Shown piece after piece: positions 27,710 to 37,313 of a stretch of DNA of 61,486 nucleotides (position 1 is its first letter; each line of letters starts with the position of its first letter). This DNA comes from Kofleriaceae bacterium. GTDB lineage: Bacteria; Myxococcota_A; Polyangia; Haliangiales; Haliangiaceae. The notes under the pieces were generated by a model. The model had not been told where the DNA came from. It did no database searches and saw only the letters and a program-made list of their open reading frames with translations. The stretch is taken from positions 1-61,486 of the forward strand of contig JBKJLC010000057.1 of NCBI GenBank assembly GCA_046597055.1. The letters are read 5' to 3'. Both the position numbers and the translations under genes were made by a program.

Positions 27710-28822
27710 TCAGGGCCCGGCGTGATCCCAGGCAGCGTCGCCGCTGAGCATCGCGGTCAGCCACGCCCCGAGCGTGGTGCCGCCGACGCTGGTCTGGCTG
27801 AACGGGCTGAACAGCCACACGTGGGTGGCGCCGGTGAGCGTGAACATCTTGAAGTTTGTGGTGTCGGCCAGGACGTTGGTCCGCAGCGACGTGATCGCCT
27901 CGGTGTACGCGGCCGCCGGCATCGGCTGGGTGCTCATGCAGGTCGGGTATCCGAACCCGAAGAACGAGCGGATGACGCCGTCCTGGGTGCTGGTGATGAG
28001 CGCCAGGCGATCGTCCGGGAACTGCGCGGACATGTATGGCAGGGCGTTGCTCAGCCCGCCGCCATCGGCGCCGGTGCACGCCGCGCAGCCGGTCGGCAGG
28101 GTCTCGTCCAGCTTCCACAGGTCGCGCATCTGGGTCTGCAGGCACGGCGTCAGCCACTGGTCCTGGATCGGAGGCCCCGAGTCGTCGACCAGGAACACCT
28201 TGCGCGTGCCGAACGCGGTCTTCACGCGCGGGTAGTTGTAGAGCGCGCCGAAGCCGCCGGCGCTCGAGCCCGTCAGCACGACCCGCCGCACCGGCTCGGA
28301 TGCCGGCACGATCACGTCGAGATACTTGCCGACGTTGTCGTAGCCGACCTGGGTGCGGCCCCCGAAGCCGGACTCGCTCGAGCCCGCGAAGATGTCGCCG
28401 CTGCAGTACGGGAAGAACACGAAGGTCGCGTCGCGCAGCGGGTTGGCCGGGTCGGTCCGGTCGAACAGGCCTTCCGTGCCGAGGTTCTGGATGGTCACGG
28501 CCAGGGCCGCCGACGAGAACCCGTTGGCGTGCGCGACGGACGCGCAGGTGAAGGCGTTGAAGCAGGCGCCGCCACCCTCGAGGAAGATCACCAGGTCCGA
28601 GCTGGTGCCGAGATTGACCCCCATGCCGGTCTCGCTGTTGTTCATGCACCGGGTGCCGGGCACGTCGGTCCAGGTCCACTGACCGGCGGTGCCGACCAGG
28701 GCGGGCGGTCCGCCCGGTCCGCCCGCGGCGTCGACGTTACCCACGTCGTCGCCGTCATCTCCGCCGCTGCAGGCCGCGAGTAAGACCATGAAATAGAGCG
28801 CGCCGAGTCGTCGCTTGTGCAT
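27710..28822 (-). CDS. Pectin acetylesterase/Notum family hydrolase lipoprotein
   Basis: Lipobox LAAC; FLEGGGAC, PYCSGD, TGSSAGG, DDSGP. Confidence 0.9.
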   Translation of the reverse strand: MHKRRLGALYFMVLLAACSGGDDGDDVGNVDAAGGPGGPPALVGTAGQWTWTDVPGTRCMNNSETGMGVNLGTSSDLVIFLEGGGACFNAFTCASVAHANGFSSAALAVTIQNLGTEGLFDRTDPANPLRDATFVFFPYCSGDIFAGSSESGFGGRTQVGYDNVGKYLDVIVPASEPVRRVVLTGSSAGGFGALYNYPRVKTAFGTRKVFLVDDSGPPIQDQWLTPCLQTQMRDLWKLDETLPTGCAACTGADGGGLSNALPYMSAQFPDDRLALITSTQDGVIRSFFGFGYPTCMSTQPMPAAAYTEAITSLRTNVLADTTNFKMFTLTGATHVWLFSPFSQTSVGGTTLGAWLTAMLSGDAAWDHAGP

Positions 28823-29152
28823 GAGAGCCTCCCGTGGGGCATGGTCGATCAGGTCGGCCTGGATCCGAACGACCGTTCGCAAACGGTCGCTGACGTCCGC
28901 TGTCCGAGCTGCGACGCCGACGTCTGCGTCGTGCCGGGGTGACGGCGTCCGGATGCCCGGCCGGACCGAGCGCGAACCGGCGATGGTGCCGGGTGGCCGG
29001 ACCCGGTCGGGCCGGACCCCTCCTCGCGGGGTGACGCCGACTCGGAGCGGCGCCGCGCGACCAGGACCTGTCAGCGAAAATTCGCGGACTCACGTTGGTC
29101 GAACGCCAGCGGCGCCGTAGCTTGTGCAGGCGCGGCGAGGCCGCACCAAGTC

Positions 29153-29440
29153 ATGGCGAGCCTGCCACCGATCATCACGCTCGAGCTCGACGACCTTGAC
29201 GACGCGGACCTCGACCCGGTCGAGCGACCGCGCCGGTCCAAGGCGGCACCGGCCGCCCCGGCCACGCCCCGCCTTGCGCGCGGCAGCGCCGGCTACGACC
29301 TGCCGCGCTTGACGCGAGCGCTCGATCTCGAGCTGGCCTCGTACCTCCTCGACCTCGACGCGCCGCCGGACGCGACGCCGGTGCTCGACGCTGGCCCGAC
29401 CGAGCTGGACGCCCGGCGACCGGGCGGTCCGCACCGGTAG
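29153..29440 (+). CDS. Hypothetical acidic protein
   Basis: ORF with host-like codon usage filling an intergenic gap. Confidence 0.45.
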   Translation: MASLPPIITLELDDLDDADLDPVERPRRSKAAPAAPATPRLARGSAGYDLPRLTRALDLELASYLLDLDAPPDATPVLDAGPTELDARRPGGPHR

Positions 29441-29544
29441 GAGACCATACGCCATAGCTCCCCTGGCCCAGGCACACCTCGCGCCTGACTCGTGACCCCG
29501 GACCCCGGCGTCATTGGTGACCGCTGCGCTTCGCTCGCTGGGGG

Positions 29545-30267
29545 CTAGTACCGGCGACCCGGCGCCCGGTAGTGACGGCTCGGCGGGGCCTGCACGATCA
29601 CGCGGCGGGGTCGGTCGCGGATGATCACCAGCGGCCGGTTCACGTACAGGTGCGTGTGATAGGCCGGGTCGTACCACCAGTACGGCCCCCCGCCCGACTC
29701 CAGCTTGGCCGTGCTCGTGCCCAGGTATTCGCGCTCGATCCGCTGGAAGCCGGTCCGCTGCTCGATCGGCCGCTGGCCGGTGTGGACCTTCCACAGCAGC
29801 TCGAAGCTGGCCAGGTCGTCCGCGTCCCGGACACCCGCGGGCACCGGGAAGTACAGATCGAGGGTCCGCCGCTCACGCAGGCCGGCCGTCACGATCGGCG
29901 TCCGGGCCACGTCCGAGTTGACGAACATCGCGCGGCCGCGGCCCTCGTCCGGGATCTCGATCAGCTGTTCGCGGGTGTCGATCACCCAGCCACGGGCGTC
30001 GCCCTGATTGTCCACGGTCATGCGCACGTGGAGCGCCGGGAGATCCCGGTCGCCGGCCCGGAGCCCGGTGACCCCGAACGAGGTCAGCTGGACCTCGCCC
30101 TGCGGGCGCTCCGGGGGAATATCGACCCGGGTGGCCGGATACCCGTCGACCCGCGCGCTCGCCGGCTCGGGCGCGTAGACGTACTCGTCGAAGCCAGCGC
30201 AGCCGCCGGCGGCGAACGCGGCCGCGGCGATGACCGCCGGCCACACGAAGCGAGGTTCACGGGCCAC
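29545..30267 (-). CDS. Hypothetical lipoprotein
   Basis: GGAGG RBS before GTG; lipobox AGGC; Tyr/Trp-rich C-terminus. Confidence 0.7.
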   Translation of the reverse strand: MAREPRFVWPAVIAAAAFAAGGCAGFDEYVYAPEPASARVDGYPATRVDIPPERPQGEVQLTSFGVTGLRAGDRDLPALHVRMTVDNQGDARGWVIDTREQLIEIPDEGRGRAMFVNSDVARTPIVTAGLRERRTLDLYFPVPAGVRDADDLASFELLWKVHTGQRPIEQRTGFQRIEREYLGTSTAKLESGGGPYWWYDPAYHTHLYVNRPLVIIRDRPRRVIVQAPPSRHYRAPGRRY

Positions 30268-30316
30268 GGTCCACCTCCCACCCTGGCGGTCTCGTCGAGA
30301 CGACGCTGCCGATCGC

Positions 30317-30332
30317 TGCATCGACCGTGCCC
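30317..30332 (-). promoter_or_regulatory. sigma54 -24/-12 promoter
   Basis: Minus strand GGGCACGGTCGATGCA. Confidence 0.65.
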
Positions 30333-30486
30333 CTGGCCGTGGGGCCCCGCGACCGTCCTGACGGGCCTGCGGGTGACGACGCGTGTCGGTCCCGCTCAGC
30401 GTGCCAGCGGGGCACGCGCGAATCGCGCGACCGACCCGGCCCGCCGATGCCACTGCGCGTGCGCGGTTCGGCGTACCGTCATCGCC

Positions 30487-31425
30487 GTGGAATGGCTCAA
30501 CTACCACCACTTCCTCTACTTCTGGGTGGTCGCCAAGGAGGGGAGCATCGTGGCCGCCAGCAAGAAGCTGCGGCTCGCGCATCCCACGATCAGCGGCCAG
30601 ATCCATCAGTTCGAGGAGGCCCTCGGCGAGAAGCTGTTCGCGCACAGCGGGCGCAACCTGGTGCTGACCGACGCCGGCCGGGTCGCGTTCCGCTACGCCG
30701 AGGAGATCTTCTCGCTCGGCCGCGAGTTCCTCGACACCATCAAGGGCCGGGCGAAGAGCGGTCGACCGCTGCGGCTGGTGGTCGCGGTCGCCGACGTGAT
30801 CCCGCCGTCCCTGGTGCGCCGGTTCCTCGAGCCGGTGTTCCGCATGGCGCAACCGGTCCAGGTGATCTGCCGCGCCGACAAGTCGATGGCCGAGTTCATC
30901 GCGGAGCTGGCGCTCCACCGGATCGACGTGCTGTTCGCCGACGCGCCGGCCGGGATCACGCCGATCCGCGCGTTCAGCCACCTGCTCGGCGAGTGCGGCA
31001 CGACCTTCTTCGCCGAGGCCAAGCTGGCGGCCGCGACCCGGCGCAAGTTTCCGGCCTCGCTCGATGGCAAGCCATTCCTCATGCCGGGCGCGCCCTCGGG
31101 CGTCCGGCGCGCGCTCGAGCAGTGGTTCGCTGCCGAACAGATCCGGCCGTGGGTCGTCGCCGAGTTCGATGACAGCGCCCTCGCCAAGGACTTCGGGCGC
31201 CAAGGCATGGGCATCTTCGCAACCCCGACCGTGATCGAGGCCGAGACCGCCCACGACTACGGCGTCCGCGTGGTCGGCCGCTCGGAGGCGGTGCGCCAGC
31301 AGTTCTACGCGATCTCGGTGGAGCGCAAGATCCGCCACCCCGCGGTGGCGGCCATCTGTGAGGCCGCCCGCCAGGAGATCTTCGCGGCGAAGCGCACCCG
31401 CGCGCCGATCGCGCCGGTCGGGTGA
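30487..31425 (+). CDS. nhaR: LysR family regulator, NhaR-like
   Basis: WLNYHHFLYFWVVAKEGS, EFDDSALAKDFG, FYAISVERKIRHPAV. Confidence 0.88.
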   Translation: MEWLNYHHFLYFWVVAKEGSIVAASKKLRLAHPTISGQIHQFEEALGEKLFAHSGRNLVLTDAGRVAFRYAEEIFSLGREFLDTIKGRAKSGRPLRLVVAVADVIPPSLVRRFLEPVFRMAQPVQVICRADKSMAEFIAELALHRIDVLFADAPAGITPIRAFSHLLGECGTTFFAEAKLAAATRRKFPASLDGKPFLMPGAPSGVRRALEQWFAAEQIRPWVVAEFDDSALAKDFGRQGMGIFATPTVIEAETAHDYGVRVVGRSEAVRQQFYAISVERKIRHPAVAAICEAARQEIFAAKRTRAPIAPVG

Positions 31426-31595
31426 TGCTGACCGTGCTCGACCTGGCACGTGACGCGGGCCGGCCGGCCCGGTCGCGCCCCGACTGCGAACCGTCCCTGT
31501 CGCTGGCAGCGACGCCGTTTGGCTGATCGTGTTGCCATCGTCCGGAAACCGGCCGGCGCGGCCCGCGAAGTCGGGGTCTTACGCGACCGCCCGAC

Positions 31596-31611
31596 CGGCA
31601 CACCGGTTGCT
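31596..31611 (+). promoter_or_regulatory. sigma54 -24/-12 promoter
   Basis: CGGCACACCGGTTGCT. Confidence 0.82.
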
Positions 31612-31623
31612 GAGGCGTGGGAC

Positions 31624-32850
31624 ATGACCCAGCAGTTTGCTTCGTTCACGGCGATGATCGGCCTCGGCCTCGGCCTCGGCCTGGCCGGCTGTAGCGACGA
31701 CCCCGCGAGCAAGGGCCCCGAGGACGCGGTCCCCGTGGACGGCAAGCTCGACTCGTTCGGCCGGCCCACCGATCACGGGGCGATCGCCTTTGGCACCGCG
31801 CCCGAGGCCTCCCTCACCGCATCCGAGAAGCACCACACCTGGACCTTCTCGCTCACCGGTCCGGCCGCCATCCACGCGTACACCGGCCCCTCGCTCACCG
31901 GCCGCCAGACCGTCGACACGGTGCTGTACCTCTACAAGCAGAAGCCGAACGGCAGCTGGGGCGCGTTCCTGGCCCGCAACGACGACGACAACGGCAGCGT
32001 GTGGTCGTCGCTCGACCGCAACCTCGATACCGGCACCTACCGGGTCCTGGTCAAGGGCTACGCCGCCTCGACCCGCGGCCGGTTCTCGACCCACGTCGAG
32101 TGCGAAGGCGCCGGCTGCGGCGCGCCCGCCGCGTCGTGCCTGTTCGGGACCACCTTCGGCGAGCTGCTCGCGTCGACCGCGACCACCATCACCGGCGACC
32201 GCCGCCTGCACGTCGGCGACGCGCTGTCGGCGCTCGATCAGCAGCGAATCGTGCTCGCGGTCCAGCAGTCGTCGCACACCGACGTGACCACTCCGGCCGA
32301 GGCGTTCGCCCGGGTCGATCAGGGCGAGATCCGTCGGGTCGACCTGTACGACGCCGCCGGCGCGCGCGCCTTCGTGGCCTTCGAGTACGGCGCGGGCGAC
32401 AGCAGCTACGGCGCGGTGTTCGCGTACAGCTCGACCACGATCGTCACCAGCATCCACGACGGCGACCTCGCGAGCTGCGCCACCCCGGCGCAGACCTGCG
32501 CGCTCGGCCCCGACTGGTCGTCGACCCGCAACGACGGCGCCTTCACGATCAAGGGCTCGCGCACCGTCACCACGGCCAGCGAGCTGACCGGCGTCGACGC
32601 CGCCAACGCGCTCGCCGCGATCCGCGTCGCCCACGCCGACGCGACCTCGCTCGCCGACGGCCTGCCCCGGCTCGATCAGGGCGAGCTCAACGTGATCGAC
32701 CTCATCCACACCGCCACCGACACCCGGGTGACCGCGTACGAGTACGGCGCCGGCGACAACAGCTACGGCGCGATCTTCAAGACCGGCACGACCACCCAGG
32801 TGGCGTCGATCGTCGACCTCACCTACTACGACTGCGCGTTCGCGAACTGA
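31624..32850 (+). CDS. Lipoprotein with a PPC-like domain and a duplicated C-terminal domain
   Basis: Lipobox LAGC; DGKLDS; VDTVLYLY...ARNDD...GTYRVLV; two copies of DQGE...EYGAGDxSYGAxF. Confidence 0.8.
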   Translation: MTQQFASFTAMIGLGLGLGLAGCSDDPASKGPEDAVPVDGKLDSFGRPTDHGAIAFGTAPEASLTASEKHHTWTFSLTGPAAIHAYTGPSLTGRQTVDTVLYLYKQKPNGSWGAFLARNDDDNGSVWSSLDRNLDTGTYRVLVKGYAASTRGRFSTHVECEGAGCGAPAASCLFGTTFGELLASTATTITGDRRLHVGDALSALDQQRIVLAVQQSSHTDVTTPAEAFARVDQGEIRRVDLYDAAGARAFVAFEYGAGDSSYGAVFAYSSTTIVTSIHDGDLASCATPAQTCALGPDWSSTRNDGAFTIKGSRTVTTASELTGVDAANALAAIRVAHADATSLADGLPRLDQGELNVIDLIHTATDTRVTAYEYGAGDNSYGAIFKTGTTTQVASIVDLTYYDCAFAN

Positions 32851-33009
32851 CCGCGACCGTGGCGCGGGGTGCCGGCACCGCCCCCGTGGCTGACGCGTCA
32901 CGCCGCGCCATTGACCCGGCCCGGGCGCCCCCGCATGATCGCGCCATGCCCGAGGGAGCCCAGGCGACACCTGGATCGAACGGCGCATCGCTCCGGCGAC
33001 GAGAGCTAA

Positions 33010-33167
33010 GGGCCCTCGAATGGATAAGTCGATCGATGATCGCGGCCGAGGCGCCCGGATGGCGAGGCGCGAGGAGGGCGCATACTCTCCGTATGCAACC
33101 GACGAGCAACGAAGCCAGCCGGGATGGATCGGCCGCGAGGGCGAGCGAGTTATTCATTCGCGGGCCC
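33010..33167. mobile_element. MITE (158 bp)
   Basis: 22-bp terminal IRs (19/22; 33010-33031 and 33146-33167) flanked by TAA on both sides; no coding capacity. Confidence 0.8.
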
Positions 33168-33325
33168 TAAAGGCAGCACGCGACCGGGCGCGCGTTCCTC
33201 GATCCCACGCCGCCGGCGTCGTCCACGTGCGCGCGTCCGCGACGCCCGAGCCGCCCGCCGGCTGAGCCTCGGTCGGGCCCTCGGGGCCGGGTCGGCCGGC
33301 AACCTGAAAAAATCGTCATCGGGGA

Positions 33326-33352
33326 TGTCGAGCCGGGCCGGCCGGCTCCGAC
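33326..33352 (+). promoter_or_regulatory. ECF42-type promoter
   Basis: TGTCGA-N17-CGAC upstream of the yciI-ECF pair, matching the described TGTCGA/CGWC consensus. Confidence 0.7.
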
Positions 33353-33403
33353 CTACCGGTGAACCCGCGCTCCATCCCGGACCGGGCATCCAAGGAATCG
33401 ACC

Positions 33404-33796
33404 ATGAAATACATGCTGATGATGAACACCCCGGGCAAGGGTCCGTACCAGGTCGCGAGCTGGAAGGCGCAGGAGCTCCACGCGCACATCGAGTTCATGC
33501 ACACCTTCGTCAAGAAGCTCGGCGACGCCGGTGAGCTGGTCTCGGCCGAGGGCCTGGCCGGACCCGACCAGGCGCGCCTGGTCCGCGCCGGCGACGACGG
33601 CACCCCGGTCACCGACGGCGTGTTCCCCGAGGCCAAGGAGTTCCTCGCCGGCTACTGGATCGTCGACGTCGAGAGTCCTGAGCGCGCCTACGCGATCGCC
33701 GCGGAGGCCTCGGATGCCCCCGGCCCCGGTGGCCGCCCGCTCAAGCTGGCGATCGAGGTGCGGCAGGTGATGAGCGCGCCGCCCACCGACCCGTGA
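33404..33796 (+). CDS. YciI/DGPF family protein
   Basis: MKYMLMM, VTDGVFPEAKEFLAGYWIV, IEVRQV; AAGGA RBS. Confidence 0.93.
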   Translation: MKYMLMMNTPGKGPYQVASWKAQELHAHIEFMHTFVKKLGDAGELVSAEGLAGPDQARLVRAGDDGTPVTDGVFPEAKEFLAGYWIVDVESPERAYAIAAEASDAPGPGGRPLKLAIEVRQVMSAPPTDP

Positions 33797-35055
33797 TGGA
33801 GCCGGCGCCGACGGCCGACCCCGGGCCCCTCCTGCGCGAGCTCGCGCCCCAGGTGCTCGGCGTGATCGTCCGCCGGTACCGCGACTTCGGCGCGGCCGAG
33901 GATGCGGTCCAGGAAGCGCTGATCGCCGCAGCCACCCAGTGGCCCCGCGACGGCGTGCCCGCCGAGCCTCGGGCGTGGTTGATCCGGGTCGCCTCCCGCC
34001 GCATCGCCGACCACGTGCGCACCGAGACCGCGCGGCGCCGCCGCGAGGCCTTCGTGGTCAGCCTGGTGCCGCCCGAGGAGCAGCTCGCCCTGGCCGCCGA
34101 TGACGACGACGTCCCCGTGCACGACGACACGCTGGTCCTCCTGTTCATGTGCTGCCACCCGGCGCTGTCCTCGTCGTCCGCGGTCGCGCTCACGCTGCGC
34201 GCGGTCGGCGGCCTCACCACCGCCGAGATCGCCCGGGCCTACCTGGTGCCGGAGGCGACGATGGCGCAGCGGATCAGCCGGGCCAAGCAGACCATCAAGA
34301 CCTCGGGCGTACCGTTCGAGGTGCCGACCCCGGACGTCTGGGTCGGCCGGCTCGGCGCGGTGATGCACGTGCTCTACCTGATCTTCAACGAGGGCTACAC
34401 CACCAGCGGCGGCCCGGAGCTCCACCGCACCGACCTGTCGAGCGAGGCGCTGCGGCTCGCCCGCCACCTGCACCGGCTGGCCGCCGACGACGGCGAGGTC
34501 GCCGGCCTGCTCGCCCTCATGCTCCTGACCGACGCGCGTCGCGCGGCGCGGACCGGCGCTGCCGGCGAGCTGATCCCGCTCGACGAGCAGGACCGAGCCC
34601 GGTGGGACCGTGCGGCGATCACCGAGGGCGTCGCGCTGCTCACCGCGACCTTGCCGCGCGGCCAGGTCGGTCCGTACCAGCTCCAGGCGGCGATCGCGGC
34701 CGTGCACGACGAGGCCGCCACGGCCGACGACACCGACTGGCCCCAGGTGCTGGCGCTGTACGAGGTCCTGCGACGGCTGTCCGACAACCCGATGGTCGCG
34801 CTCAGCCACGCGATCGCGACCGCGATGGTCCATGGCCCCGCCGCGGGCCTCGAGCGCCTGACCGTGCTCGCGTCCGACCCACGGGTGGCCCACCACCATC
34901 GCCTGACCGCGGTCCGCGCGCACCTGCTCGAGCGCGCCGGCGATCACGCGGCCGCGATCGCCGGCTACCAGCGCGCGGCCGCCGCCACCGCCAGCCTGCC
35001 CGAGCGGACCTATCTGCTCACCCGCGCGGCCCGCCTGCACGACGCCGGTGGCTGA
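33793..35055 (+). CDS. ECF sigma factor, ECF42 type with C-terminal TPR extension
   Basis: AEDAVQEA, LLFMCCHPAL, MAQRISRAK, LYLIFNEGY, LDEQDRARWD, GPYQLQAAIAAVH. Confidence 0.93.
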   Translation: MMEPAPTADPGPLLRELAPQVLGVIVRRYRDFGAAEDAVQEALIAAATQWPRDGVPAEPRAWLIRVASRRIADHVRTETARRRREAFVVSLVPPEEQLALAADDDDVPVHDDTLVLLFMCCHPALSSSSAVALTLRAVGGLTTAEIARAYLVPEATMAQRISRAKQTIKTSGVPFEVPTPDVWVGRLGAVMHVLYLIFNEGYTTSGGPELHRTDLSSEALRLARHLHRLAADDGEVAGLLALMLLTDARRAARTGAAGELIPLDEQDRARWDRAAITEGVALLTATLPRGQVGPYQLQAAIAAVHDEAATADDTDWPQVLALYEVLRRLSDNPMVALSHAIATAMVHGPAAGLERLTVLASDPRVAHHHRLTAVRAHLLERAGDHAAAIAGYQRAAAATASLPERTYLLTRAARLHDAGG

Positions 35056-35097
35056 CGCGTCACGCCGCAGCGCACGCCCCGGTGGACGGTGCGCCGC

Positions 35098-35113
35098 TGG
35101 ACCGCGGCTTGCA
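35098..35113 (+). promoter_or_regulatory. sigma54 -24/-12 promoter
   Basis: TGGACCGCGGCTTGCA. Confidence 0.62.
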
Positions 35114-35129
35114 CCATGGACGACCCATC

Positions 35130-35297
35130 ATGTGGATCCTCATTGGTATCCTGTTCATCGCCGGCTGGCTGGGTCTCAAGCTGGTCTGGGGTGTCGCCTC
35201 GATGGCCGTGCATTTCTTGCTCATCGCGGCGGTGGTCGCGCTCGTCGTCCATTTCGTCCGGGGACGCTTCGGGGGGCGCGGCACCCCAGGCGCGTGA
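35130..35297 (+). CDS. Small two-TM membrane protein (lmo0937/DUF5670-like)
   Basis: MWILIGILFIAGWLG...AVHFLLIAAVVALVVHFVRGR. Confidence 0.7.
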   Translation: MWILIGILFIAGWLGLKLVWGVASMAVHFLLIAAVVALVVHFVRGRFGGRGTPGA

Positions 35298-35374
35298 CCA
35301 CGCCCCACGCCCGAGCGCGAGCGCGCACGTGGTGACGCGACCGGCGCCGCCGCCGACGGGCCGCACGCCGGACG

Positions 35375-35764
35375 TCAGGGCGGCGACGTCAGCGCGAGCT
35401 CGGTCAGCGACAGCGTGTTGCCGTCGGGATCCTTGAACCAGGCCACCTTGATTCCGTCCGGCGAGATCCACATCCCGTCGCTGTCGTCCTGCAGAAAGTC
35501 GAGGCGCAGGAACCGGACCCCGCGCTCGGCGAGGCCGCGCATCACGACCGCGAGCCCGCGGACCTGCCAGCCCAGCAGCGTGTGCGCCGCCGGGCGGTGG
35601 TCGCGGACCTTCTGGATTCGCAGCATCGTGCCGTGCGCGTCGAACACGATCGCCGTCGGCTCGTCCGCGACCAGCCGGAGGCCCAGCACGTCGCGGTAGA
35701 ACTCGATGGCGCGCGCCGGCTCGGTGGTGGCCGAGAAGGCCATGATCGGCTGGTCCTGCAGCAT
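35375..35764 (-). CDS. VOC/glyoxalase family protein
   Basis: AIEFYRDVLGL, AWFKDPDGNTLSL. Confidence 0.9.
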   Translation of the reverse strand: MLQDQPIMAFSATTEPARAIEFYRDVLGLRLVADEPTAIVFDAHGTMLRIQKVRDHRPAAHTLLGWQVRGLAVVMRGLAERGVRFLRLDFLQDDSDGMWISPDGIKVAWFKDPDGNTLSLTELALTSPP

Positions 35765-35778
35765 GGTCGGTCCCGGGC

Positions 35779-36486
35779 TCAGCGCGCGCCGACCGGAAAC
35801 ATCAGCGAGCGCATGTCGTCCTCGAGCGTGGCGCGGATGTGGGCGATGGTGCGGCCCCGCAAGCGCTCCTTGGTGGCGCTGAACGGCGCGCGACCCAGCG
35901 CACCCAGGCGGGCGGCCTCCGCCAGCGCGCGCGTCATCACCTGATCGGGCGCGACCACCTCGTCGACGTAACCGGCCGCCAGCGCCTCCTCCGGCGAGTG
36001 CACGTGGGCCAGCAGCGTCGCGCGGGTCAGCGCGGTCGGCAGCAGGCGATCGCGCGCCAGCTCCATCGCCAGGACCGGCACCGGCATGCCGATCGCGACC
36101 TCGTTGAGCCCGATGCGATACGGGCCGGTCGCCGCGATGCGGACGTCGCCGGTGAGCACGACCAGGGCACCACCGGCGAGCGCGTGCCCGGTGCACGCGA
36201 TGATCAGCGGGATCGGCGCCCCGTACAGGCGCATGAGCAGCTCCGAGCCGTGCTGCAGCAACGCCTTGGCCTTGTCGGGCCCGCTGAGCATCACCCGCAG
36301 ATCGAACCCGGCGCAGAAGCGCTCGGCGCGACCGGTCAGCACCACCGCGGTGGCCTCGGCTTCGGCCCGGGTCAGCGCCTGCGCGACTGCCTCGATCATC
36401 GTGTCCGACAGCGCGTTGGCCTTGCCGTCGTCCATCTCGATGACAGCGGTCTTTCCTTCGAGGCGATAGCGGGCGAGCTCACTCAT
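35779..36486 (-). CDS. Crotonase/enoyl-CoA hydratase-isomerase
   Basis: MDDGKANAL, FCAGFDL, CTGHALAGG, IGLNEVAIG. Confidence 0.92.
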   Translation of the reverse strand: MSELARYRLEGKTAVIEMDDGKANALSDTMIEAVAQALTRAEAEATAVVLTGRAERFCAGFDLRVMLSGPDKAKALLQHGSELLMRLYGAPIPLIIACTGHALAGGALVVLTGDVRIAATGPYRIGLNEVAIGMPVPVLAMELARDRLLPTALTRATLLAHVHSPEEALAAGYVDEVVAPDQVMTRALAEAARLGALGRAPFSATKERLRGRTIAHIRATLEDDMRSLMFPVGAR

Positions 36487-36637
36487 GGCGCAGAGCCTAA
36501 CCGATGACGACCGTTCGCGGCCGCGGCCCGCCCACCCGACCGCCGCCGGCGCCGGCGGCAGCCGCGCGTCGGCTTGCGAGGCCGCCAGGCGGCGAGCAAC
36601 GCCTGCTCGCGCTCGCGCGGGGGACCGGCGTGCAGGG

Positions 36638-36688
36638 TTGACACTGACCACGTAACGCTGTTACGTCCCGGAGCGTAACGATGTTACG
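36638..36688 (+). promoter_or_regulatory. sigma70 -35 box with two tandem palindromic operators
   Basis: TTGACA 36638-36643; ACGTAAC-GCT-GTTACGT 36650-36666; CGTAAC-GAT-GTTACG 36674-36688 overlapping the ATG. Confidence 0.78.
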
Positions 36689-37313
36689 TCGCTCCCGCAT
36701 CGAGCTCCCGCCCGAGGTCGCCAGCCAGCTGGTGACCCGGGTCCGCGAGGCGATCGAGCGCGGCACGCTCGGCGCGGACGACCTCACCGCGCGGGCGCTG
36801 TCCGGGTTCCTCGGCAAGACGACCTCGGTCCTCTATCACCACTTCGGCTCGCTCGAAGGCTTCCTCTATGCGGTGTCGATCGAGGGCTTCGGCGTGCTGG
36901 CCGGGCGCCTGGCGACCATGCAGCGCGCGGGCGCGTCGCCGGCGCGCCTGGCCGAGGCCTACCTCGACTTCGGCCTCCAGCAGCCGGTGCTGTACCGGCT
37001 GATGCTCGAGGATCGCTACGACTGGCCGGCGCTGGCGCGCGCCGGTCAGGCCCTGACCCCGGCCCAGATGGGCCCGTGGAACGCGATGATCGCGATCTTC
37101 GCGCGCTCGGGGTCGGACGATCCGGAGACCGACGCCCGCGTGTTCCACGCCGCGGCGCACGGGATCGTGCTGCTCGCGCTCACCGGCCGGATGAACACCG
37201 GCGCCCCCGACCACTCCGATCGCGAGGTCGCGCTGCGCGCGATCCGCCGGCTGATCACGCTCATGTTCCCGGACCGGCCCCAGGCCCCGAAGTCGAGGAC
37301 GAAGACGTCATGA
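36681..37313 (+). CDS. TetR-like regulator with WHG-type C-terminal domain
   Basis: LTARALSGFLGKTTSVLYHHFGS HTH; AYLDFG...LYRLM; HAAAHGIVLL. Confidence 0.8.
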   Translation: MLRRSRIELPPEVASQLVTRVREAIERGTLGADDLTARALSGFLGKTTSVLYHHFGSLEGFLYAVSIEGFGVLAGRLATMQRAGASPARLAEAYLDFGLQQPVLYRLMLEDRYDWPALARAGQALTPAQMGPWNAMIAIFARSGSDDPETDARVFHAAAHGIVLLALTGRMNTGAPDHSDREVALRAIRRLITLMFPDRPQAPKSRTKTS

